The translations under genes were made by a program, and so were the position numbers. Below the pieces are notes generated by a model. It did not search any database. It was given only the letters and a program-made list of their open reading frames with translations, and was not told where the DNA came from. A stretch of 62,257 nucleotides of DNA from a virus (taxonomy: Duplodnaviria > Caudoviricetes): IMG/VR virus record IMGVR_UViG_3300030052_000108, positions 1 through 62,257 of that record, one strand, 5' to 3'. This document shows positions 54,339-62,257 of this stretch, piece after piece (the stretch's first letter is position 1; every line of letters begins with the position of its first letter).

Positions 54339-57300
54339 ATGGGCGCAGCACGCAAGATTGATATCCACGGCGCCAAGGGCGGCGAAGAGAAAGCAAAAAC
54401 GCCAACGGAAGCCCCGGATAGCCTGCGCTCCGTTGCTATCGCGAAGATGCTGATCGCTATCGGGGAGGGTGAGTTCGAAGGCACCCCAACCGCTCGCGAC
54501 ATTTACCTCGACAACACCCCGCTGCAAGACCCCCAGGGCAACATGAACTTCCCGAACGTGAAGTGGGAGTGGCGCACCGGGGCCGTGGACCAGACCTATA
54601 TCCAGGGCATCCCCTCGATCGAGAACGAAACCACCATCAGTACCGAGCTGCGCAGCGGCACGCCGTGGGTTCGGGCAATCAGTAACACCCAGCTTTCGGC
54701 TGTGCGCGTGCGTTTTGCCTGGCCGGCGCTCCAGTCCGTAGATGCCGACAGCAATATCAACGGCTACCGGATTGAGTACAAAGTCGAACTGGCTACGGAC
54801 GGCGGTGCTTATCAGCAGGTGCTGAGTGAGGCTGTCGACGGCAAAACCACCAGCACTTACGAGCGCACCCGCCGTATCGATTTGCCCAGGGCCACCACTG
54901 GCTGGCTGATGCGCATCACCCGTCTGACGATCAACCAGAACAACAACAAAATCTCGGACACGATGCAGATTGCGGGCTTCACCGAGGTGATCGACGCCAA
55001 GATCCGCTATCCGAACACCGCGCTGCTTTACATCGAGTTCTCGGCCGAGCAGTTCCGTAGCATTCCGGCGGTAACCGTCGGCTGCAAGGCTCGTAAATGG
55101 CAGGTCCCAAGCAACTACGACCCCGTGTCGCGGACATACAGTGGTATCTGGGACGGAACGCTCAAAGAGGCCTACACCAACAATCCGACCTGGGCTACAT
55201 ACGGCATCACGACGGCCGACCGCTTCGGCCTGGGCCGTCGCATCAAGCCGTGGATGGTGGACAAGTGGGAGCTCTACCGCATCTCGCAGTACTGCGACCA
55301 ACTGGTGCCGGACGGGAAGGGCGGCCAGGAACCGCGCTTCATCTGCAACCTGAACCTGCAGAGCAAAGCTGATGCCTGGTCGCTGCTGCGCGACATCTCG
55401 GCGATCTATCGGGGCATGACCTACTGGGCCCAGGGCCAGGTCTTCACACTGTCTGATATGCCGCGCGCCACTGATTTCGACTTCGCTTACACCCGGGCGA
55501 ATGTGATCGACAGCAAGTTCACCTACTCGAGCGCGTCGGAGCGCACCCGGTACAGTCGCGCGCTGATCAGCTACGACAACCCGGCGAACAACTACGACAC
55601 CGACGTCACTGCCGTTACAGATGCCAAGCTGCAGCGACGCTACGGCGACAATCCGCTGGAGATCAGTGCCATCGGCTGCACTCGTGAGTCTGAGGCGCAG
55701 CGCCGCGGTAAGTGGGCGCTGCTCACCAACTCCAAGGACCGGGCCGTTACTTTCAAGGTCGGCCTCGACGGGCGTATCCCACTGCCTGGCTACGTGATCC
55801 CGATCGCCGACGAACTCCTGGCCGGTCGGCCGGTGGGTGGGCGCATCTCTGCGGTGAACGGCAAGGTCATCACGCTGGACCGTGATACCCACGCCAAGCC
55901 CGGTGACCGATTGATCCTCAACCTGCCCGACGGCAAATGCGAGGGGCGCACCGTGCAGTTGGTCAGCGGCCGGCAGGTCACCGTTACCGTGGCTTACTCC
56001 GTTGCGCCCGAACCCGAACTGGTGTGGGCGCTGGATGCCGACGACCTCGCCATCCCGCTGTACCGGGTGGTGAGTGTGGCGCGGCCGGAGCCTGGCGTGT
56101 TCGAGATATCGGCTGTGCAGTATGACCCGAGCAAGTTCGCGCACATCGACACCGGCGCGCGCCTGGAAGAACGCCCAATCAGCGTTGTGCCGATCACCGT
56201 CGTTCCGGCGCCGGCGAGCGTCACACTGACGTCGAGCTATGCCGTGAACCAGGGCATCGCCATCAGCACCATGAACATTTCATGGCCCGCTGTGAACGGT
56301 GCGGTCGCGTATGACGTGGAGTGGCGCAAGGACAGCGGCAACTGGATCAAGGTGCAGCGCGCCGGTTCGACCAGCGTCGACGTCACTGGCATTTACTCCG
56401 GCGCCTACGTGGCCCGGGTTCGGTCAGTGAGCGCTTTCGAGATCTCGTCGATCTGGAAGAGCTCCAACCTGACCAACCTGGAAGGGAAGGTTGGCCTGCC
56501 GCCGGCGGTGGCGTTCCTGACCACCAGCAGCCTGGTCTATGGCATTGGCATCCAGTGGGGCTTCCCGCCGGGCGCCGAGGACACCCAGCGGACGGAGCTT
56601 TGGTACAGCCAGTCACCGGACCTAACCACTGCGGTGAAGCTGAGCGACTTCAGCTACCCGCAGGCCAAGCATGAGATGCAGAACATCCTGGCCGGGGCGA
56701 GCCTCTACTTCTGGGCTCGCCTGGTGGACCGTACCGGCAACGTCGGGCCGTTCTGGCCGATCCCGGGCGCAGTGAATGGCCGGGCCAGTTCTGATCAGAC
56801 GGAGTACGACAAGTACTTCGCCGAGAAGATCGGCAAGGGCGCGCTGTACCAGAGCCTGCGGGAAGAAATCGACCTGATTAGTGGTGATGGGCCGGGCTCG
56901 GTCAACGATCGCTTGGAGAAGGCCAAGCAGGAGCTGGAGGATCTGATCTCGGAAGTGGTCGACGCTCTGGAGTACGTCTCCACAAAGACCTACGTCAAGG
57001 GCGACATGGTCCGGGTAGGCCAACAGTTGTTCCAGGCCACCAAGGCGGTACCGGTCAACACCGCACCGCCGAACGCCAACTACTGGTTCAACCTGGGCAC
57101 CATCGCCGAAACGAATGCGGCGATGGCGCTGGAAATCAGCCAGAACAAGGCGGCTATCGAAGAGGTGGACGGCAAGGTCACGGCCACTGCCGAACGCCTG
57201 GAAGGCGTCTATGCACTGGTGAAATCAGACTCTGCAGGCTCGGAGCAGGGCAGTGCGGGTGATGACACCGCCTCGGCCGGGGCCTGGTCGCTGATGTCCG

Positions 57301-57938
57301 CAATTGCTGAGCGGGATTTCGCGCAGTCGCAGCGTACAGATATTGTCGAAGCGAACGTGGCGGCGAACGCGGCAAGCATCACGACCGTCCAGACAGCCAT
57401 GGCAACTGACAAAGCAGCCACTGCCGAAGAGATCAAAACCCTTAAGGCGGTAGCCGGTGATAACTCGGCAGCTATTCAGGTCGTCAGCAAGGCCCAAGTC
57501 ACCACCGACGGTAAGGTTTCGGCGATGACGACAATCAAGGCCGAAACCACCAGCAACGGCAAGAAGGTAATGGCAGGGCTTTCCTTGGGCTCTGACGGCA
57601 ATACATCGGAGATCCTCGCGTTCGCTCAACGCTTCGCAATTGTGGATGAGGTGAGCGGGCAACTGATAACGCCATTCGTGGTGAGTGGTGGCCAGGTCTT
57701 CATAAACCAAGCGGTCATCAACAAGGCATTCATCCAGGAGATCATTCTGGGAATGACGCTGAGATCTGAAGCGGTTGACTCCAAGGGGCGGCCGTTGCTG
57801 GAAATCAACGTCAAGGCCGGCACGTTCACGCTTCGCAGCGCTGGCACCGGTGGCTCGACGCTGCTCAATAACGATGGCCTTGCGGTGTACGACATCAACG
57901 AGCTTCTGCGTGTATTGGTGGGGAGACTTTCGCCATGA
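54339..57938 (+). CDS. Tail tip / host specificity protein J
   Basis: GAKGG, GEGE, YPNTA, NNP.W, QYCD.LV, FN3-like repeats, DUF1983-like C-terminus. Confidence 0.96.
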   Translation: MGAARKIDIHGAKGGEEKAKTPTEAPDSLRSVAIAKMLIAIGEGEFEGTPTARDIYLDNTPLQDPQGNMNFPNVKWEWRTGAVDQTYIQGIPSIENETTISTELRSGTPWVRAISNTQLSAVRVRFAWPALQSVDADSNINGYRIEYKVELATDGGAYQQVLSEAVDGKTTSTYERTRRIDLPRATTGWLMRITRLTINQNNNKISDTMQIAGFTEVIDAKIRYPNTALLYIEFSAEQFRSIPAVTVGCKARKWQVPSNYDPVSRTYSGIWDGTLKEAYTNNPTWATYGITTADRFGLGRRIKPWMVDKWELYRISQYCDQLVPDGKGGQEPRFICNLNLQSKADAWSLLRDISAIYRGMTYWAQGQVFTLSDMPRATDFDFAYTRANVIDSKFTYSSASERTRYSRALISYDNPANNYDTDVTAVTDAKLQRRYGDNPLEISAIGCTRESEAQRRGKWALLTNSKDRAVTFKVGLDGRIPLPGYVIPIADELLAGRPVGGRISAVNGKVITLDRDTHAKPGDRLILNLPDGKCEGRTVQLVSGRQVTVTVAYSVAPEPELVWALDADDLAIPLYRVVSVARPEPGVFEISAVQYDPSKFAHIDTGARLEERPISVVPITVVPAPASVTLTSSYAVNQGIAISTMNISWPAVNGAVAYDVEWRKDSGNWIKVQRAGSTSVDVTGIYSGAYVARVRSVSAFEISSIWKSSNLTNLEGKVGLPPAVAFLTTSSLVYGIGIQWGFPPGAEDTQRTELWYSQSPDLTTAVKLSDFSYPQAKHEMQNILAGASLYFWARLVDRTGNVGPFWPIPGAVNGRASSDQTEYDKYFAEKIGKGALYQSLREEIDLISGDGPGSVNDRLEKAKQELEDLISEVVDALEYVSTKTYVKGDMVRVGQQLFQATKAVPVNTAPPNANYWFNLGTIAETNAAMALEISQNKAAIEEVDGKVTATAERLEGVYALVKSDSAGSEQGSAGDDTASAGAWSLMSAIAERDFAQSQRTDIVEANVAANAASITTVQTAMATDKAATAEEIKTLKAVAGDNSAAIQVVSKAQVTTDGKVSAMTTIKAETTSNGKKVMAGLSLGSDGNTSEILAFAQRFAIVDEVSGQLITPFVVSGGQVFINQAVINKAFIQEIILGMTLRSEAVDSKGRPLLEINVKAGTFTLRSAGTGGSTLLNNDGLAVYDINELLRVLVGRLSP

Positions 57939-58261
57939 CCTATGGAGTGAGGACGTGGAGCGCGAATGGCGTGCTCGAAATGGATACCGACAGCTACACC
58001 TATCAGGTGCTGCACAATGCGCTCTACAACCTGGCCGTCACCCCTGTGGTGACGGTGTCCATCCCCGGGTTTGATCCTGCGAACTGTACTGCTGTCGTAC
58101 TTCCGACAGTTGCAGCTGCGAACCAATACTGTAGCAGCGCCCTGCCTTATATGACTGTTTCGCCGGGCGTTGTTCAGGTGAGAAATAAAAACCCAGCAGA
58201 GACCGATTGGTTTAGCACAAGCATTCAGTTCAGGCTTTTGGTAATGAGGTTTAAAAATTGA
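57935..58261 (+). CDS. Tail tip accessory protein
   Basis: YG.R.W..NG motif; coupled to J. Confidence 0.7.
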   Translation: MTYGVRTWSANGVLEMDTDSYTYQVLHNALYNLAVTPVVTVSIPGFDPANCTAVVLPTVAAANQYCSSALPYMTVSPGVVQVRNKNPAETDWFSTSIQFRLLVMRFKN

Positions 58262-58947
58262 ATTTCGGCCTATCGGTTGTAAATGACGGTAACTACGTTC
58301 AGATCGACTCAGAACAGCCAAGACTATGCGCGCTATACAACGGGACTTATCAGGCTTCGGGAAGCTCAACTGCCTACGTTACATTCCCGTCGGCGATAAC
58401 AACGCCTGAGCCTCCGTGCATCTTCATCAGGAATACCCCTGACAGACCAGATGATTTATACACCGGGATGACTATTTCTGGCGGTCCGGGGAACTGGACT
58501 GGGTTTGTACTGACCACGATCAATATCGACTATAGGCCTTATGGAAAGTGGTTTGCAGCCGTTTTTGCATCAATAACAAAGGCAGATTATGGATTGAGAA
58601 TGTGGGACGCTAACAGTTCTGTGATATTCGACTCTGGCGCCACACCGGTACTTTTCACAAAGGCAAGTAGCTCGTGGTCATTCCAGGGCAAGGTGCAGAT
58701 AAACCCAATTGCAAACGGGTATTACTGGCGCAACTCCCTGACCGCAGCCCTGCTCGCTGACGAGTACTTCATGATCAACCCGTTCTCGCGAGGCTTATTG
58801 ACCCCGACGCACATTAACTGGACACCTATCGGCGTAAGGTTCAACTACTCCCAGTCGTGCCTACAGGTGTTTGGTGTAACGGCGCTTGGCGCGTGGTCGA
58901 ATATGGGCATGCCCGGCGCGGTATTCGCCAGACTTCCCGGCACCTGA
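58258..58947 (+). CDS. Tail tip accessory protein
   Basis: FGL...N.....IDS and YGLR.WD.....FDS. Confidence 0.7.
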   Translation: MNFGLSVVNDGNYVQIDSEQPRLCALYNGTYQASGSSTAYVTFPSAITTPEPPCIFIRNTPDRPDDLYTGMTISGGPGNWTGFVLTTINIDYRPYGKWFAAVFASITKADYGLRMWDANSSVIFDSGATPVLFTKASSSWSFQGKVQINPIANGYYWRNSLTAALLADEYFMINPFSRGLLTPTHINWTPIGVRFNYSQSCLQVFGVTALGAWSNMGMPGAVFARLPGT

Positions 58948-59020
58948 TCGAGCGCTCACCACACTCACCAATTGATCTACACCACCCGCTATGCGGGTAT
59001 TTTTTCGCCTGGAGAAAGCC

Positions 59021-59893
59021 ATGGCAAGACAAGAAATTATTCTCGGTACGCCGCCTACAGGTCTCGGTGGCGACACGCCCCGCGTGGCGAGTTCAAAGAT
59101 AAATGCGATGACCTTGGAGATCTATCAGGGGATTGGCACACCCGCTGCGCCGGTGCCATTGGAGCGTGGTGGAACAGGCGCAACGACGCAAGCTGCGGCG
59201 CAGAGCGCTCTGGGGCTGCCGAAGGCATTTCGCGACAGCGTGAAAGCTGGCGAGGTACTAACGGTCGGTCATGCTGGGTGGAATGGCGGTATTGCTCAGG
59301 TTGTGGGGAACGGTGCCGACTGTAACCTCCTCGTAACTGCAATGATCTACGCCCTTAACGGTACATTTACAAACGGGCCTCCAAGTTTTTCGGGTAATGC
59401 TCTTTTCTTGAGGAACACAGTTCACGGTGCAGGGTATTTACACCAAGAAGCATACGGGATAACGCAATCTATTCGCGCCGAACGCATACAGGTTAACGGG
59501 GTTTGGGGCGCATGGCGTGTGATGTATAACGACTTCAATGCGGGCGCCGATCCTGCTGTAATCGGCGGAGGCATTAACTCGCGAACTGTGATTAGCGGGG
59601 TTGTAGTTAACAAGTTCATAAGCGGGCTTATGATTATGAACGGAACTTTCGCTAATACAGGTTCCTGCCCCGCAAATATGGTAAGCACGGTTTCTATTAC
59701 AGTGCCGGCTAACACCGGGGTGGATTCGACTTTCACAAACGTCGCAATCACATGCATTCCGACACAGGCTAATGACTTCACCCTAATGTTGGCGTATATG
59801 AGCAGCCAGACGTTACTAACAATGGTCATAAAAAACGGTGCGTCAGCCCAAGCTTTCGGCGTAAAAGGTATTATCATGAGCCACTGGAAATGA
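59021..59893 (+). CDS. Tail fibre / receptor-binding protein
   Basis: LGT.PTG.GGDT.R.A..K.N; GGTGAT; W..WR pyocin-knob-like segment. Confidence 0.8.
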   Translation: MARQEIILGTPPTGLGGDTPRVASSKINAMTLEIYQGIGTPAAPVPLERGGTGATTQAAAQSALGLPKAFRDSVKAGEVLTVGHAGWNGGIAQVVGNGADCNLLVTAMIYALNGTFTNGPPSFSGNALFLRNTVHGAGYLHQEAYGITQSIRAERIQVNGVWGAWRVMYNDFNAGADPAVIGGGINSRTVISGVVVNKFISGLMIMNGTFANTGSCPANMVSTVSITVPANTGVDSTFTNVAITCIPTQANDFTLMLAYMSSQTLLTMVIKNGASAQAFGVKGIIMSHWK

Positions 59894-60270
59894 AAATTAA
59901 ACTATTCCCGTTTTTGACGGACGAACCGCTCGACGCATCGGTTAAAGGTGACGTAATCACTATTAATGGGGATGTAATCGATTTGTCTGGTATCCCCACA
60001 GGATACCGCTTGCCGGGTAGCGCGGTTGGTAATAAGTTTTTCGTAGAGACGGAATACGTCGAACGTATTGACGGAGTTCTTAACTTTACTTTGTGTCTTC
60101 CTGTCGATTGGAACAGCCCCGAGGAATACCGCAATCCAGTAGAGCCAATCGTAATCGATGCGGGCAGCGGTCCGGTAAAGTTCCCTGACACCTCGCCACC
60201 CGCGCCGCCCGTGATTGAACTGCCAGAAATTCAGGAGGAACAAGAAAATGGTGGACTGGAGCAAGCTTGA
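59890..60270 (+). CDS. Tail fibre-associated protein
   Basis: GD.ITING...DLS....G..LP...VER..G.L..TL.LP. Confidence 0.7.
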   Translation: MKIKLFPFLTDEPLDASVKGDVITINGDVIDLSGIPTGYRLPGSAVGNKFFVETEYVERIDGVLNFTLCLPVDWNSPEEYRNPVEPIVIDAGSGPVKFPDTSPPAPPVIELPEIQEEQENGGLEQA

Positions 60271-60460
60271 ACTGATCAAGACAGAGCAGGATCTGGCGGA
60301 TGAGGTCAGCCTCGACCAGGCCCGCGCGTACCTGAATGAGACCAACTGGCATGCCTTCGCCCTGCTTGAGGATGACACGCCCATCCCGGACGACATCAAA
60401 GAGGCACGCACAGCCGCCCGCGCAACCATCAATCGGTTGGGCCCTACACAAGCGTCTTGA
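60248..60460 (+). CDS. Small tail fibre assembly-type protein
   Basis: ARAYL.ET.W......PIP......R..AR..I. Confidence 0.7.
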   Translation: MVDWSKLELIKTEQDLADEVSLDQARAYLNETNWHAFALLEDDTPIPDDIKEARTAARATINRLGPTQAS

Positions 60461-60518
60461 GTTTCCGCTGAACACCGCCACCCGCCATGAGCGGGTATTT
60501 TTTGCCTGGAGAAAAGCC

Positions 60519-60680
60519 ATGCCTATTACCGAGCAGCAGTTGCTGCAGATCCTCCCGAACGCCGGCCACCAAGCCGGCGTTTTTGTTCCTGTCCTGAACA
60601 CGGCTATGAATCGTTATGGCATTGTCGGCACATCGCGCGCCGCCGCATTCATCGCCCGGGTCGGGCACGAGTCGGGCTAG
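60519..60680 (+). pseudogene. Truncated GH19 (chitinase-like) endolysin
   Basis: MPITEQQLLQILP...AAFIA.VGHESG then TAG and unrelated AT-rich DNA. Confidence 0.85.
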
Positions 60681-60710
60681 GTAAACCTTTAAGCCCGGCG
60701 CCATCCGTAA

Positions 60711-60890
60711 TTAACGGCGGAAGCGGAATTTTTGCCAGCCATATTTGAACCTAAAAGTTCCGGTATCTCCTCGTAGAACGTAGAGGCTTACCCTGTAAAA
60801 AGCAGTAAAACGAGAAAATCCAAGGCGTCTGATTTTTTTATAGACCCAAACCCATCCGTGGTGATTGGTAGTTTTGGCGGGTCTCAACAC
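60711..60890 (-). CDS. 59-aa Arg/aromatic-rich moron peptide
   Basis: Hand-translated GTG-start ORF after AAGGAG: MLRPAKTTNHHGWVWVYKKIRRLGFSRF...KFRFRR. Confidence 0.5.
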   Translation of the reverse strand: MLRPAKTTNHHGWVWVYKKIRRLGFSRFTAFYRVSLYVLRGDTGTFRFKYGWQKFRFRR

Positions 60891-61107
60891 GATTAACGCG
60901 CTCCTTCTGCTATGCGTAATTTGGCGCAGATGATAGCGATGTGCCCCATCTAGAAGCTGTCAAATAATAACGTTGTTGGAACTCGTTATCGCAATAGCTG
61001 TATTGCCAATATTCCCCTTGGGGCTGCACCGCGCGCCCAAGTTAACCAAGCTGGTTTTCACCTCTAATCCCCGCCGTTGTGCGGTTTTTTTTCGCATGGA
61101 GAAAAGT

Positions 61108-61533
61108 ATGACCGTAACTGAAAAAGACTGGGATATCTTGGCGCGCACCCTTTGGGGTGAGGCCCGTGGCGAAGGTCTGGACGGACAGATCGCCGTGGCC
61201 TGGACCATCCGTAACCGAGTGTTCGACGGCAAGGACAAGTCGTGGTGGGGGGAGGGCTATGCAGGCGTGTGCCTGAAGCCCTGGCAGTTCAGTTGCTGGA
61301 ATCAAAACGACCCGAACTATGCATACCTGAGTGGCGCCAAGGTGATCCCGGCCGCGCAGTTTGCCCAGGCCCAGCGCGCGGCTGACCAGGTGATCACCGC
61401 CGCCGTGGCCGACCCTACCGGCGGCGCCACGCATTACTACGCGACCACCATGCCCAAGGCTCCGGCCTGGGCGGCGAAGGCCAAGCAGACCCTGCGCCTG
61501 GGGCATCACGTCTTCTTCAAGGATGTGCCGTGA
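61108..61533 (+). CDS. Endolysin, Hydrolase_2 (SleB-like) family
   Basis: LARTLWGEARGE, VAW.I.NR, WQFSCWN, DPT.GATHYY, G.H.FF. Confidence 0.92.
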   Translation: MTVTEKDWDILARTLWGEARGEGLDGQIAVAWTIRNRVFDGKDKSWWGEGYAGVCLKPWQFSCWNQNDPNYAYLSGAKVIPAAQFAQAQRAADQVITAAVADPTGGATHYYATTMPKAPAWAAKAKQTLRLGHHVFFKDVP

Positions 61534-62039
61534 TGACGGCCGGGCAGATCCTGGCCGCGATCCTGCTGGCGATGGTCATCAGTGCCGCCGGCACCTGGCA
61601 GGTGCAGGACTGGCGGATGGGTAAGAAGCTCGCCGAGCAGGCAGTTCTGCACAAGGATGACCTGGCGGCGATCACCAATGCCGCCGCCACCCAAGCACGC
61701 GCCGAGCAGGACAAGCGCCTGGCCCTGGAGCAGCAGCTCGCCGGCCAGGACCAACAACACACCAGGGAATTATCCGATGCCCAGCGCAACCAGGCTGCTC
61801 TACGCGATCACCTTGCCACTTCTGATGTCCGGCTGTCAGTCCTTCTCGACGTCGCGGATTCAGCCAGTGGCTGCAACGTGCCTGCCACCCCCGGCGCCGT
61901 CGGCGTGGTTCATGGAGCCGCGCGAGCCCAACTTGACCCAGCGCATGCTCAACGAATTCTCGCCATCACCGGTGATGGCGATCAAGGATTGATCGCGCTG
62001 CGGGCGTGCCAGGCGTATGTCAGGGCGATAGCTCGCTGA
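61530..62039 (+). CDS. Rz-like i-spanin
   Basis: N-terminal TM, coiled coil, L.ACQ.YV. Confidence 0.88.
   Translation: MMTAGQILAAILLAMVISAAGTWQVQDWRMGKKLAEQAVLHKDDLAAITNAAATQARAEQDKRLALEQQLAGQDQQHTRELSDAQRNQAALRDHLATSDVRLSVLLDVADSASGCNVPATPGAVGVVHGAARAQLDPAHAQRILAITGDGDQGLIALRACQAYVRAIAR
61777..61992 (+). CDS. Rz1-like o-spanin (embedded lipoprotein)
   Basis: +1 frame within Rz; LLMSGC lipobox; Pro-rich CLPPPAPSAW. Confidence 0.8.
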   Translation: MPSATRLLYAITLPLLMSGCQSFSTSRIQPVAATCLPPPAPSAWFMEPREPNLTQRMLNEFSPSPVMAIKD

Positions 62040-62047
62040 CTGTCTGA

Positions 62048-62257
62048 TCAGTCAGGAGCCATGAGGACGGCCAGGGTCAGCTTGATGAACTCTTCGTTCT
62101 CGTCGATGGTGTGCAGAGCGCCACGCACGTTCTCGGCCACATCAGCGGAGCCACGCTGCTCGACCCAGTTCGAGATCTCCATGATGGACGCCTCAAGGGC
62201 CAACTGGTTTTCGTAGAGCTTGGAGAGCAGGGAAGGGAGTAGGTCTGAGTTGGGCAT
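62048..62257 (-). CDS. Small helical protein, YENQLALEA family
   Basis: Paralog of 18604-18819. Confidence 0.75.
   Translation of the reverse strand: MPNSDLLPSLLSKLYENQLALEASIMEISNWVEQRGSADVAENVRGALHTIDENEEFIKLTLAVLMAPD

Larger units (their letters stand above)
1..62257. mobile_element. Lambdoid siphovirus prophage (near complete)
   Basis: Canonical gene order int-xis-recombination-immunity-replication-Q-holin-terminase-portal-capsid-tail (M, L, K, I, J)-lysin-spanins. Confidence 0.97.

Noticed and set aside
54291-56144. 617-aa minus-strand ORF, and similar long antisense ORFs at 44016-45590, 40412-41446, 35941-36876 and 26119-27246
   Set aside because: Shadow frames of GC-rich structural genes with no motifs or RBS
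57935-60460. Diversity-generating retroelement or invertible tail-fibre system
   Set aside because: No reverse transcriptase, invertase or template/variable repeat pair seen
1-62257. attL/attR core repeats
   Set aside because: The window begins at the integrase stop and ends at a start codon; no terminal direct repeat is visible

Overview
The window is an essentially complete lambdoid (long non-contractile tail) prophage, most likely from a Pseudomonas host (inferred from gene families and promoter motifs). It runs from a tyrosine integrase at position 1 to the lysis genes at about 62 kb; att sites are not visible. Order: int/xis; a leftward early operon (PAPS-reductase-like gene, exonuclease/RecT, many small ORFs) interrupted by opposite-strand morons, including a four-domain HNH nuclease; PL/OL at 16.43 kb; an unusually large, about 8 kb cargo region between OL and cI (DUF1654 with SOS box, lipoprotein, VOC, cystatin-like protein, chemoreceptor with sigma28 promoter, DUF2388, uracil-DNA glycosylase, five small cI-cotranscribed genes and candidate mini-sRNA units); cI/OR/cro/cII-like; replication genes with iterons; nin region; Q-like antiterminator; a Com-family zinc finger coupled to a beta-propeller gene at the position before the holin; packaging, head and lambda-type tail genes with morons (proteasome-like Ntn hydrolase, lipoprotein, P63C protein behind a phased operator array); a truncated GH19 endolysin replaced by a Hydrolase_2 lysin; and Rz/Rz1. 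Family calls come from motif recognition, not database searches.
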